Source: Nitrosopumilus sp.
GTDB taxonomy: Archaea > Thermoproteota > Nitrososphaeria > Nitrososphaerales > Nitrosopumilaceae
Direction: 5' to 3'
Length of the DNA: 64,000 nt
NCBI GenBank assembly: GCA_028351415.1
Contig: JAOMJV010000001.1
Location: forward strand, 40,898 to 104,897
Shown here: in pieces, positions 8,131 through 17,313 of the stretch
Numbering within the stretch: the first letter of the stretch is position 1
How the letters are laid out: every line of letters starts with the position of its first letter
Program-made: the position numbers and the translations under genes
The notes under the pieces: model-generated
Database searches by the model: none
What the model was told of the DNA's origin: nothing
What the model saw: only the letters and a program-made list of their open reading frames with translations

Positions 8131-8314
8131 AAGAGTAATTACATTTCAAACAATTAGTAAAAATTTCTCCGTCTAGATGATCAAAATGTGTATTACAGTG
8201 TTTACATGTGTGATGCATATCAAAATATCCGTCTTTTTCTATAATACCTATTTTATTTGATTCAAGATTTGTACTTTTACAGTTTATACAATGACAGCCA
8301 CATTCAATTTTCAT
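8123..8314 (-). CDS. Small Cys/His-rich metal-binding protein
   Basis: CGCHCINC...HHTCKHC..HFDH..CLKC in 63 aa. Confidence 0.75.
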   Translation of the reverse strand: MKIECGCHCINCKSTNLESNKIGIIEKDGYFDMHHTCKHCNTHFDHLDGEIFTNCLKCNYSFN

Positions 8315-8360
8315 AATTTTTCAGACAATCTAATTATACTTTCTATGTGTATACAAGTCA

Positions 8361-8516
8361 TTGGATAAAAAACGCGAAGTACCAATAGAAATTGATGATC
8401 ATTTCAAACTTTTTGGAAAACAACCATGGGAAGTAGAATATGGCGAGAAATGTGCTGTATGCGATGTTAGAATAGATGAATATGGTTTTTGTTCATGTGG
8501 TTCTGGTGGGGATTAA
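8361..8516 (+). CDS. Small Zn-ribbon protein, 51 aa (not in ORF track)
   Basis: Manual translation MDKKREVPIEIDDHFKLFGKQPWEVEYGEKCAVCDVRIDEYGFCSCGSGGD; fills the intergenic gap. Confidence 0.75.
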   Translation: MDKKREVPIEIDDHFKLFGKQPWEVEYGEKCAVCDVRIDEYGFCSCGSGGD

Positions 8517-8517
8517 A

Positions 8518-9492
8518 TTATTTTTTAATTTTTCTCATTATAATTATAGCAACTATCACAATAATAATTAAAACACCTCCAAGAACTAGCCAGATGAAAT
8601 AATCATTAGGACTATTTGCTGTTACTTCTGTTAAAGTACCCTTAGAAGTAATTTCAGTTAAATCCTGAATATATTCCGAATTACTAATTGTAATTTCTCC
8701 TACTGCTTGTGGCTTCATAGAGAGTGAAACATAATTTTCTTTATTAACCGATTTATTGTAAAGAATTTTTTCATTATTTAATAATATGACATATGGACTA
8801 CCTACTAACTCTTCTTCCATACTTATTGTTACAAATTTATTTTTTTCATTTACTTGAAAACTAATACTTTTTGATTCTTGATCAAAATTAAATTCATTAA
8901 TTTTAGAATTTGTTATAATTTCTACGTTAAATTTATCTTCCTCTACACTAACTTCTTCTATTATTTTTGGAATTTTATCATAATATTGTATTATTACATT
9001 ACCTCCAGTGTTTACTGCAATTCCTTTTTTATTTCCTAACTCTATTATGTTGTTACTAAGAAAAAATAAATCTATTTCCTCAGAAAACAAAACAGAAAAT
9101 GCTTCGGGGTATGCAATTCTAGATGTCCACAAATTTTCATATAATGTAGATGCATCTTCTAAATTATATTTAATAATACTATCTGTATTTGAAGCAAAAA
9201 TTGTTATGGATTCAAGTGCTTCTCCATAACCTACTAATCCAAATTCTTTTTCATCGCCATTATCATTTGTAACTGTGATGCTTTCTACAATCACACCATC
9301 AAATACATTTAGATTTACTGGTACATCTGAAGCAGCAACAACATGTTTTACATTAGCTATTTCTGATTTATTTAATTCCACTTCAATTAATCTCTGATAT
9401 GCTTCTACTCCAAAAGACAATTGAGCACTAGCTGTAGGAATTATTGTAACTAGAGCTAAAAATAATATAATTAAGTAAATTTGATTATTCAT
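8518..9492 (-). CDS. Secreted/surface protein with C-terminal TM anchor
   Basis: Signal peptide, beta-rich body, C-terminal hydrophobic helix plus RKIKK; resembles thaumarchaeal PEFG-CTERM-type proteins but lacks the PEFG motif. Confidence 0.8.
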   Translation of the reverse strand: MNNQIYLIILFLALVTIIPTASAQLSFGVEAYQRLIEVELNKSEIANVKHVVAASDVPVNLNVFDGVIVESITVTNDNGDEKEFGLVGYGEALESITIFASNTDSIIKYNLEDASTLYENLWTSRIAYPEAFSVLFSEEIDLFFLSNNIIELGNKKGIAVNTGGNVIIQYYDKIPKIIEEVSVEEDKFNVEIITNSKINEFNFDQESKSISFQVNEKNKFVTISMEEELVGSPYVILLNNEKILYNKSVNKENYVSLSMKPQAVGEITISNSEYIQDLTEITSKGTLTEVTANSPNDYFIWLVLGGVLIIIVIVAIIIMRKIKK

Positions 9493-9969
9493 TTATTCTA
9501 AAGTAACCTTTACCATTTGGACCTTCTCTAATGGACAATCATTTCCATCTTTTTGAACGTTCACGATTTTATCTGCTATGTCCATTCCTTCCTTTACTTG
9601 TCCAAACACAGTATACTCTCTATCTAAAAATGCGCTATCTGATGTTACTATGAAGAATTGTGAGCCTGCACTGTTAGGATCTTGTGATCTGGCCATGGAA
9701 ACAATACCTCGTAAGTGTGATCTTGAACTAAATTCAGCTTTAATGTTGTATCCTGGACCTCCCATTCCCCAAGAACTTTTGTTATCTGTTTTTGTATTAG
9801 GGTCTCCTCCTTGAATCATAAATCCGGGAATTACTCTATGAAATAATGTTCCATCATAAAATCCATCTCTAACTAATTTTTCAAAATTTCTTACAGTTTC
9901 AGGAGCTAATTCAGGTAAAAGCTCAAATGAGATGTTACCGTGATTAGTTTCAATATTCACTGTACTCAT
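9493..9969 (-). CDS. Cyclophilin-type peptidyl-prolyl isomerase
   Basis: FYDGTLFHRVIPGFMIQGGDP, SMARSQDPNSAGSQFFI. Confidence 0.95.
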   Translation of the reverse strand: MSTVNIETNHGNISFELLPELAPETVRNFEKLVRDGFYDGTLFHRVIPGFMIQGGDPNTKTDNKSSWGMGGPGYNIKAEFSSRSHLRGIVSMARSQDPNSAGSQFFIVTSDSAFLDREYTVFGQVKEGMDIADKIVNVQKDGNDCPLEKVQMVKVTLE

Positions 9970-10176
9970 ATTTTTTTGCATATTAGAATATCATAAAAGT
10001 CTTCTTGTGAAATTATTCTAATTTTTTTATACTCTATGATTTTTAACTATTTTTAATTCCTATTTCATTTTAATTTTTTTTATTGAAAACTAATTATTTT
10101 TTTATGTTATTTTTTTATGTTATTTTTTAAGTTCTAGAGTTATAGTGTTATATAGAACAATTACAAGTTACATACA

Positions 10177-10407
10177 TTGAGTCGTACAAACCAAAGCACG
10201 ATAATTAAAGAAGCAATTAATTCCTATCTTGACAATGGAGTAACTGACAAACAAGACATCTATACAAAAGTAGTTGATGAGCTTGGTGTCCCAAGACCTA
10301 CAGTAAGAAGGGTTGCAAGAGATCTAAGAACTGAATTATTACAAAAGATCCAAATCTTACAATCTGATATGCCTAAAGTCGCTGCTACCCCTGAAGAAGA
10401 CGAATAA
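10177..10407 (+). CDS. Small hypothetical protein, HTH-like
   Basis: VVDELGVPRPTVRRVARDLR. Confidence 0.75.
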   Translation: MSRTNQSTIIKEAINSYLDNGVTDKQDIYTKVVDELGVPRPTVRRVARDLRTELLQKIQILQSDMPKVAATPEEDE

Positions 10408-10491
10408 ATTCGACTACTTTTTCTTTTTAACTCCTTTTATTTTCTAATTATTGGCATTACTATTATAAAGAATGAATTTTTCAAATTAATT

Positions 10492-10959
10492 ATGGGATAT
10501 GCACGTAATCATTTAGCTACAATTGTAACTGGTGCATTTGCTTTAGTTTTAACTGGTCTTTGGCAACCAATGGTTGATTTTGCACCAGATCTAAATTTTA
10601 TCTTTATCATGTCAGTTCCAATTACATGGTTTATGGTGCTGACTTGTTGGTTATCTCAAAAAAGTGCAGACTATGCAACTAATCATTCTCATGCACATGA
10701 AGTACATCAAAAAAAAAGCTTGAGTAGTACACAAACAGCTCAAGTTGAAATTCCTAAAGAAGTTAATCTCTCAGAAATAAAACAAATTCAAAATGAGTTA
10801 TCAGGAGAATTAAATGAACTAAAGTTCTCTGTAGAACTAAAAGATGGTGAAATTGAAAGATTAAATCAAGAAATTTTGAATTTAAAAACATTGGTTCAAA
10901 TTGAATCATTAAAATCTGAATTAGCTAATCTAAAAATATTATCTTCTAAAAGAAAATAA
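10492..10959 (+). CDS. Hypothetical 2-TM protein with C-terminal coiled coil
   Basis: Two N-terminal hydrophobic helices and a heptad-rich tail. Confidence 0.75.
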   Translation: MGYARNHLATIVTGAFALVLTGLWQPMVDFAPDLNFIFIMSVPITWFMVLTCWLSQKSADYATNHSHAHEVHQKKSLSSTQTAQVEIPKEVNLSEIKQIQNELSGELNELKFSVELKDGEIERLNQEILNLKTLVQIESLKSELANLKILSSKRK

Positions 10960-10961
10960 TT

Positions 10962-11081
10962 TTAATCTTTACAGTTGCAAGTAACTATCCCGTGATTCTT
11001 TTTACATCCAGGACAACTTACAGCACCACCATAATGACATTTACATGAACACAATTCAGTTGGATCTTTTTTTAAATTCAA
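10962..11081 (-). CDS. Metallothionein-like micro-protein, 39 aa (not in ORF track)
   Basis: MNLKKDPTELCSCKCHYGGAVSCPGCKKNHGIVTCNCKD: 7 Cys and 2 His, TTG start. Confidence 0.7.
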   Translation of the reverse strand: MNLKKDPTELCSCKCHYGGAVSCPGCKKNHGIVTCNCKD

Positions 11082-11132
11082 TATTGTAACTTTATGAATA
11101 TACTATTTGACTTTTACAAAACTATCAATATA

Positions 11133-11660
11133 TTATTTTTGTAATTTAGATGCAATTTGTAGAGTTTCGTCAACCATTTCTTTTAATCTATTTTTAGCAC
11201 TCTCATCTGAAATTTGATTATCTGCAAATATTTCTGTAGTTAGATAAACTGCTTTTGGATTTGTAATTACTCTAAAGTATGATAACAATTGTGTGATTAC
11301 TGTTTGCACATCAACAAAACCAATATTTCCTGCAGCCAAAATAGCCATACCTGCAACTTTACCTTCTGTTTTTTTATAATCAACATATTCAAAGAGATTT
11401 TTTAATGCAGAACTAAAAAATGAATTATAGATAGGTGAGCCAATTAACCATACGTCTGCCTCCATAATGTCCTTTGCAGCGTTTTTAGTTGCTTCATTAT
11501 ACTCTACATCAAATCCTCTATAACATTCAATTTCTCCATCTGAAAGATTGATAAATTTTGTATCTGAATTTTTTGATTTTGTATATTCATTAACATACTT
11601 CATAATTATCTGCGTATTTCCAGTTTTTCTAGGACTAGCTGAAATAACAACTATTTTCAT
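11133..11660 (-). CDS. NADPH-dependent FMN reductase
   Basis: VISASPRKTGNT, IGSPIYN, SALKNLFE flavodoxin-fold motifs. Confidence 0.88.
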   Translation of the reverse strand: MKIVVISASPRKTGNTQIIMKYVNEYTKSKNSDTKFINLSDGEIECYRGFDVEYNEATKNAAKDIMEADVWLIGSPIYNSFFSSALKNLFEYVDYKKTEGKVAGMAILAAGNIGFVDVQTVITQLLSYFRVITNPKAVYLTTEIFADNQISDESAKNRLKEMVDETLQIASKLQK

Positions 11661-11711
11661 AATTTTTTAACCTCTCCTTTGTATTTAACCCCTACAATTT
11701 TTAAAATTAAA

Positions 11712-11805
11712 TGGGCTTGGAGGGCTTCGATCCCCCGACCTGAAACTTAGGAAGCTACTGCGCTATCCATGCTACGCGTCAAAATTGACTCTGCGCTACA
11801 AGCCC
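11712..11805 (-). tRNA. tRNA-Arg(CCT) with a 19-nt D-loop intron (11772-11790)
   Basis: Acceptor GGGCTTG/CAAGCCC, D-stem GCGC/GCGC, anticodon loop TT-CCT-AA; insert AGTCAATTTTGACGCGTAG forms bulge-helix-bulge-like junctions. Confidence 0.8.
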
Positions 11806-11835
11806 AGCAGAAAAAATATTCTAAATTATTTAAGC

Positions 11836-12540
11836 CTAATCAAATTTACTTTCAATCATGTTTTGAATTTCTTTCCAATCCAAATTTTCTTTTTCTTCCC
11901 ATTTTTCATAGTAAACAACATCTTTTAGATTTAATCTTGGCAACCAACCTGCAGTTTCAAGATCTGGTTTATCTGCAAATTCATTAACATAACCTAGGCA
12001 TAGATATGCAACAGGAACTACATGTTCTGGTAATCCAAGATTTTCTTTTAGAATTTTATTTGAAAGAATACTTACCCAACCAAGTCCTATTCCTTCAGCT
12101 CTTGCTGATAACCATAAATTTTGAATTGCACAACATACGCTGTATATTCCTGCTTCTGGAATACTTGATCTACCTATCACAAATGGACCAAATTTTGATG
12201 GATCATATGTAACACAAAGATTAACAGGAGATTCCAAAATTCCTTCTAGCTTAAATGATAGATATTTTGATTTTTTTGGTTCTTCAACTATTTCTGACGA
12301 ACGTTTTTTCTCTGCCTCAAAAGATTCTTTAATTTTTTTCTTAGTTTTCTGATCTTTAATCAACACAAAATTCCAAGGTTGAGAAAAACCTACTGATGGA
12401 GCATGATGTGCTGCATGGAGAATTTTAGATAATTTTTCATCTTCAATTGGTTTTGAAATAAAATGCGATCTAACATCCCTTCTTGAATAAATTGCCTTGT
12501 AGAATCCCTCTTTTTCTTCGTTAGTAAAATCATCTTTCAA
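11836..12540 (-). CDS. bluB: 5,6-dimethylbenzimidazole synthase (nitroreductase family)
   Basis: RRDVRSHF, HAPSVGFSQPWNF, YLSFKLEGILESP, AIQNLWLSARAEGIGLGWVS. Confidence 0.92.
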   Translation of the reverse strand: MKDDFTNEEKEGFYKAIYSRRDVRSHFISKPIEDEKLSKILHAAHHAPSVGFSQPWNFVLIKDQKTKKKIKESFEAEKKRSSEIVEEPKKSKYLSFKLEGILESPVNLCVTYDPSKFGPFVIGRSSIPEAGIYSVCCAIQNLWLSARAEGIGLGWVSILSNKILKENLGLPEHVVPVAYLCLGYVNEFADKPDLETAGWLPRLNLKDVVYYEKWEEKENLDWKEIQNMIESKFD

Positions 12541-12622
12541 TATTTACACTCATTTTCTCTTTTTATTCACTCTTTCTTTTCTTAAACCTTAATAATGTCA
12601 GAGCCTTGCTTTGAACTTCAAT

Positions 12623-12696
12623 GGGCCTGTAGTCTAGCTGGTTAGGATACTGCCTCGACATGGCAGTGATCATGAGTTCGAATCTCATTAGGCCCA
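12623..12696 (+). tRNA. tRNA-Val(GAC)
   Basis: GGGCCTG/TAGGCCC acceptor, CTGCC-TC-GAC-AT-GGCAG anticodon arm, TTCGAAT T-loop. Confidence 0.92.
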
Positions 12697-12703
12697 CTTT
12701 TTA

Positions 12704-13192
12704 TTATTTTTCTGTTCTAAATTCAGTTTCAGCAACACTCCATGTACTTTGAGTGATAATTGTACCTTCAGCAATAAAATTAGTTATTTCATTATTTATT
12801 ACAGATTGATAAATTTCTGAAGTTATTTCATCTTTATTTAGAATAAATGTATTTTTTACAGGAACTTCTGCACCTCCAAAAATTTGTGCTCTTCCAGGTA
12901 ATGCAACATCTTCTGTAGAATATTTTCCAGAACCTAATAGCATATCGTCCCCATAAAGTTGATATTCAATTACTGGAACTACGAATGTCTTTTCACTAGA
13001 ATTTTTTACAAGAAATGTAAGAGTAAATTTTGCTTCACTCTCTCCAGCTTCTCTTAACGCAACATCTGTTAATTCAACTTGAACTTGTTCAAGTGATACA
13101 TTATCTAAACTAGCATAGTACACAATACCTGCCATTAAACCTAAACAACCAACTATTGCTGCATAAACTGTAATTTTACTTTGAAGTCCCAT
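12704..13192 (-). CDS. Membrane-anchored hypothetical protein (LEA_2-like)
   Basis: N-terminal TM; FLVKNSSEK...IEYQLYGDDMLLGSG. Confidence 0.7.
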   Translation of the reverse strand: MGLQSKITVYAAIVGCLGLMAGIVYYASLDNVSLEQVQVELTDVALREAGESEAKFTLTFLVKNSSEKTFVVPVIEYQLYGDDMLLGSGKYSTEDVALPGRAQIFGGAEVPVKNTFILNKDEITSEIYQSVINNEITNFIAEGTIITQSTWSVAETEFRTEK

Positions 13193-13273
13193 CTAACTTT
13201 TCATTGTTAATCTACAAGTAAAAACGTTATCAAGATCCAAATACATAATATTTGATATGATATTTAGTATAAC

Positions 13274-13771
13274 ATGGCTGCAATAGAACAAGCAATTCTT
13301 ACTTGGATTCATCTCGTTTCAGCTGCAATATGGGTTGGCGGTTCACTTTTTATTGGAATTGTATTTTCTCCACTTCTAAAAACTATGACGAACTCTCTTC
13401 AAGAAAGAATGCAAATAATGATTAGAGTTGGAAAAAGATTTAACAAAATTGCTGTACCTGCATTACTTATTATGATGGCAACTGGCTTGTATAATTCTCA
13501 TTTAATACTTGGTAAACCAAATATTCTTTTTGAAACAAGTTATGGCCAATTTTTAATTATTAAAATTATACTTGTAATTATATTAATTATCATATATGCA
13601 ATACATGTTAGAGTAATTCGTAAAGATGTTGAAGAAAAAATTATGTCAAATCAAATGTCTGAACCTGAAATACAACAATTGAGAAAAAAAATTATTATTC
13701 TTGGAGAAATTACTGTCGTTTTATCTTTAGTAATACTATTTTTAGCATCTTTACTTGATGCTGGAGTTTGA
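13274..13771 (+). CDS. CopD-like 4-TM membrane protein
   Basis: WIHLVSAAIWVGGSLF, TSYGQFLIIKI. Confidence 0.8.
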   Translation: MAAIEQAILTWIHLVSAAIWVGGSLFIGIVFSPLLKTMTNSLQERMQIMIRVGKRFNKIAVPALLIMMATGLYNSHLILGKPNILFETSYGQFLIIKIILVIILIIIYAIHVRVIRKDVEEKIMSNQMSEPEIQQLRKKIIILGEITVVLSLVILFLASLLDAGV

Positions 13772-14776
13772 CATTCCTTGAATAATTACTTCAAAACCTT
13801 CTGATGTTTTTCCAATTCCATATTTACAGCCTGTAATTTTTGATGTTACGAACAGATTTGTTTCTAAATGCTTTGTAATTTCTTTCACTTGAAATACTGT
13901 TTTGTTTATGCCTAAACTTGCAGGTACTACTAACATATCTGCTAAACTTTCATCTACTCCAAGTGAATTATTAATAAATTTCTCAAAATCTAAATCAAAA
14001 TTTTGATTTTTATTATTAAATAATACATCTATTCCAATAATTGAATTTTTATCAATACTGTAAATTAATAATGATGATCCCGAATCTATTGCTTCCTCTT
14101 CTTTAATTTCAATTTCTACATTAAATTTTGCTTCTCTAATTTTTTCTCTAATTATTTCTATTTTTTCTCTAATTACATCTATTGAAATTTTTGAAAATGT
14201 ACATTTTAATTTTAGATTGTTTGTTTCTCTTTTAGAAAGTGTTAATGATTTAATTTTTGATGGATATACTTTCACTTTTACTTCCCCACTGCCTTTTGGA
14301 TAATATCCTCGTTTTATTATCTCAATTGAAAATTCTATTCCCATTCTAGAATATGCTTCCTTGAGTACATGTTGAGTATAATCCATTGATGGACTCCAAA
14401 GAACATCTGTACCGCCTTTAATTATTAAACTAAGTTTTTTTTGTGAAATAGATACAACAGGAATTAACACTTGCAAGATTAAAGAAATACTACCTGCTGT
14501 TTTAACATCTTCAATTAATTCTAAATTTTCTACATTACCTGGAATAAATTTAAGTTCTGTTGAGCCTATTTTAGCTCCAATTACATCTGCTTGTGAAATT
14601 TTTTGTAAAATTCGAATTGCAGTAAGATGTTGTGCTTTTAATCCTTCGTCTTTCCTATTTTTTCTAATGTTTTCTAAATGAATTGGTTGTTTTGTAATGC
14701 ATGATAATGTAATTGCTGAGCGTATAATTTGTCCACCACCTTCACCATGTCCTCCATTAATTTTTAAAAAATCCAT
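13751..14776 (-). CDS. rtcA: RNA 3'-terminal phosphate cyclase
   Basis: GEGGGQIIRSA, NIRKNR..GLKAQHL, GGTDV, RGYYPKG, HLETN. Confidence 0.93.
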   Translation of the reverse strand: MDFLKINGGHGEGGGQIIRSAITLSCITKQPIHLENIRKNRKDEGLKAQHLTAIRILQKISQADVIGAKIGSTELKFIPGNVENLELIEDVKTAGSISLILQVLIPVVSISQKKLSLIIKGGTDVLWSPSMDYTQHVLKEAYSRMGIEFSIEIIKRGYYPKGSGEVKVKVYPSKIKSLTLSKRETNNLKLKCTFSKISIDVIREKIEIIREKIREAKFNVEIEIKEEEAIDSGSSLLIYSIDKNSIIGIDVLFNNKNQNFDLDFEKFINNSLGVDESLADMLVVPASLGINKTVFQVKEITKHLETNLFVTSKITGCKYGIGKTSEGFEVIIQGMSNSSIK

Positions 14777-14836
14777 ATTTTTACTAGTTTGGACTCTTTA
14801 TGATAGTTTTTTAAAAAGAAATTTCCTATATTTTGT

Positions 14837-15331
14837 ATGAATGGTTTGTTGATAGGAAGATTTCAACCATTTCATTTAGGTCATCTTGAAGCATTACAAT
14901 TTGCATTATCCAAAGTAGATAACTTGTGGTTGGGTTTAGGAAGCTCAAACAAATCTATTGAAAAAAGTAATCCATTTTCTGCTGAAGAAAGAAAAAAAAT
15001 GATTTTATCTTCAATTGACGATTCAATGAAAAACAAAATCACAATTTATTTTATTCCTGATGTGAATAATCATGTAAAATGGATTGAAAAAATTGATACT
15101 ATTGTTCCAAAATTTGATATTATTTTTTCAAATGATCCATTAACTGATCATCTATATTCAAAAAGAACAGTTAGAGTAATTTCAATTCCCTTTTTAAAAA
15201 GAGATCAACTATCTGGTACCCGAATTCGAGATTTAATTAAAAGCGATCAAAAATGGGATGATCTTGTTCCTTCTGGAACTAAACATGTTTTAGAAAATTT
15301 AGATGGAAAAAATAGGCTAAAAATTCTTTAA
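14837..15331 (+). CDS. nadM: Nicotinamide-nucleotide adenylyltransferase
   Basis: GRFQPFHLGH, NPFSAEER, SGTRIR. Confidence 0.92.
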   Translation: MNGLLIGRFQPFHLGHLEALQFALSKVDNLWLGLGSSNKSIEKSNPFSAEERKKMILSSIDDSMKNKITIYFIPDVNNHVKWIEKIDTIVPKFDIIFSNDPLTDHLYSKRTVRVISIPFLKRDQLSGTRIRDLIKSDQKWDDLVPSGTKHVLENLDGKNRLKIL

Positions 15332-15370
15332 TTATAAATAAGCCTGAGTGGAACCAATTTTGAAGATATT

Positions 15371-16528
15371 TTGGAATACTTAGTAATGTTACCAGGTCCT
15401 ACAAATGTTCCTGAACGTGTCACCAGATCAATGATTACTCCATCTATTAATCACAGAAGTGATGATTTTGTAAAACTTTATGAAGAATGTGTAAATAACA
15501 CAAAGAAAATTTTTGATACTCAGGGAGATGCTGTTTGTTTATCTGCTTCTGGTACTGGTGCTGTAGAATGTTCTGTTGTAAATTTAATTAAAAAAGGTGA
15601 TAAAGTAATCATACCTGTAAATGGTGAATTTAGTACTCGTTTAGCTCAATCAATAGAGTGGGCTGGAGGAGAAACAATTAGAATCAAAACTGATCCAGGG
15701 GTTAATCCTACATTTGATCAAGTCAAAGAAACTTTTGATAATAATAAAGATGTTAAAGCATTCTACTGTGTTTGGAATGAAACTTCTACAGGAACTATGA
15801 TAAATTATCTTGATAGAATTAAAGATCTAACTTCAAGAAATGATTCCTATTATGTTTTAGATGGAGTTTCTATCGTCGGTGGTGAAGAACTTCACATGGA
15901 TAAATGGGGAATTGATATTGCAATGACTGGTGCACAAAAAACATTTGCATGTCCACCAGGTATTTCACCAATTTGTATTAATCCAAGAACTAGAAAATAC
16001 ATGGAAGCCAACCCTCCAAATACTACATACTTCAATTTACCAAGATATTTCCAATACTATGATGAAGCAAAACATACTCCATTTACTCCTGCATTACCTA
16101 TTCTTTATGCATATAGAGAAGCAATGAGAATTATGTTTGAAGAAGGAATAGAACAAAGAATTCAACGTCATAGAACATGTTCTGAGGCATTGTATTCTGG
16201 ACTTTCTGCACTTGGATTGACACCATTTGCAAAAGAAGACTCACGTTCAACTGTGGTTATTGCATTAAATTATTTAGATGGATTAGAAGATAAAATATTC
16301 CGTGAAACATTAGCTAAAAAATTCAAAATTTTAGTTGCAGGTGGATTTGGTAATCTCAAAGGTAAAGTTTTCCGAGTTGGATGTATGGGTGAAATTAATG
16401 CATCCCATGTTATGAGATGTATTTCTGGAATTGGATCAACTTTATCCATGATGGGCTATGACACTGATTTACAAGCAGGTCTAAAAATAGCAGATGATAA
16501 ATTAAAAGCTCTTCCTAATCCTTCTTAA
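15371..16528 (+). CDS. Class V PLP aminotransferase (serine/alanine-glyoxylate type)
   Basis: MLPGPTNVP, NETSTG, GAQK, TPFTP, FRVGCMG. Confidence 0.92.
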   Translation: MEYLVMLPGPTNVPERVTRSMITPSINHRSDDFVKLYEECVNNTKKIFDTQGDAVCLSASGTGAVECSVVNLIKKGDKVIIPVNGEFSTRLAQSIEWAGGETIRIKTDPGVNPTFDQVKETFDNNKDVKAFYCVWNETSTGTMINYLDRIKDLTSRNDSYYVLDGVSIVGGEELHMDKWGIDIAMTGAQKTFACPPGISPICINPRTRKYMEANPPNTTYFNLPRYFQYYDEAKHTPFTPALPILYAYREAMRIMFEEGIEQRIQRHRTCSEALYSGLSALGLTPFAKEDSRSTVVIALNYLDGLEDKIFRETLAKKFKILVAGGFGNLKGKVFRVGCMGEINASHVMRCISGIGSTLSMMGYDTDLQAGLKIADDKLKALPNPS

Positions 16529-16574
16529 TTTTAAGAACGTTTAACTAATATAAGGAAATTCTAAGACAAACCTA

Positions 16575-17312
16575 TTGACTTTTGATAAAGGCTCATTAAT
16601 TCTAGTTGATTATACTGCAAAAGTAAAAGACAGTGATGAGGTTTTTGATACTACTATTGAAGCAGATGCAAAAACACATTCACTTCATGAAGAAAATGTC
16701 AAGTATCATCCAAAATTAGTTTCTATTGGTGAAACATCCTATCCTGTTCTAAAAGGATTTGATGAAGCACTAGCAAAAACATCTGTTGGTGATAAATTAA
16801 CAGTTGAAGTTACTCCTGACAAAGGTTTTGGTGAAAGAGATTCTACAAAAGTTAGAATGATTCCTATTAGAAAATTAGGTGAAGATGCAGAAAAAGTTTC
16901 AGTAGGTGATTCAATTGAAGTTGATAATAAAAGAGGAATTATTCGTTATATTGGATCTGGTAGAGTTCAAATGGATTTTAATCATAGATTTGCAGGAAAA
17001 ACAATTCTATTTGATGTCAATGTACTAAAATCACTTGATTCCCCCAATGATAAAGTCGATGCAATTTTAAAAGAAAGACTTCCAGTGGAAGATACAAAAA
17101 TTGCTTTTGATTTAAAAGATAAAGAAGGAAGTATTACAATTCCTGAAGAAATTTTACGCGCTGATGGTTTACAAATTATGAAACATTTTATTCAAATGGA
17201 CATTTTCAAATTTGTTAAAACTTTAGAAAAAATTAGTTTTGTTGAAACTCATCTCAACAAACAAGCTCCTGCAAAGAAACCTGAAGCAACTTCTGAACAA
17301 AAAACTGTTTAA
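16575..17312 (+). CDS. slyD: Long-type archaeal FKBP peptidyl-prolyl isomerase
   Basis: VFDTT, GFDEAL, KGFGERD, DFNHRFAGK. Confidence 0.88.
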   Translation: MTFDKGSLILVDYTAKVKDSDEVFDTTIEADAKTHSLHEENVKYHPKLVSIGETSYPVLKGFDEALAKTSVGDKLTVEVTPDKGFGERDSTKVRMIPIRKLGEDAEKVSVGDSIEVDNKRGIIRYIGSGRVQMDFNHRFAGKTILFDVNVLKSLDSPNDKVDAILKERLPVEDTKIAFDLKDKEGSITIPEEILRADGLQIMKHFIQMDIFKFVKTLEKISFVETHLNKQAPAKKPEATSEQKTV

Positions 17313-17313
17313 A

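Noticed and set aside
10094-10128. 13-bp tandem TTATTTTTTTATG repeat
   Set aside because: Low-complexity AT-rich intergenic slippage with no further structure.
11769-12212. ORFs 11769-11987 and 12006-12212 on the + strand
   Set aside because: They are antisense to tRNA-Arg and bluB and have no recognisable motifs.
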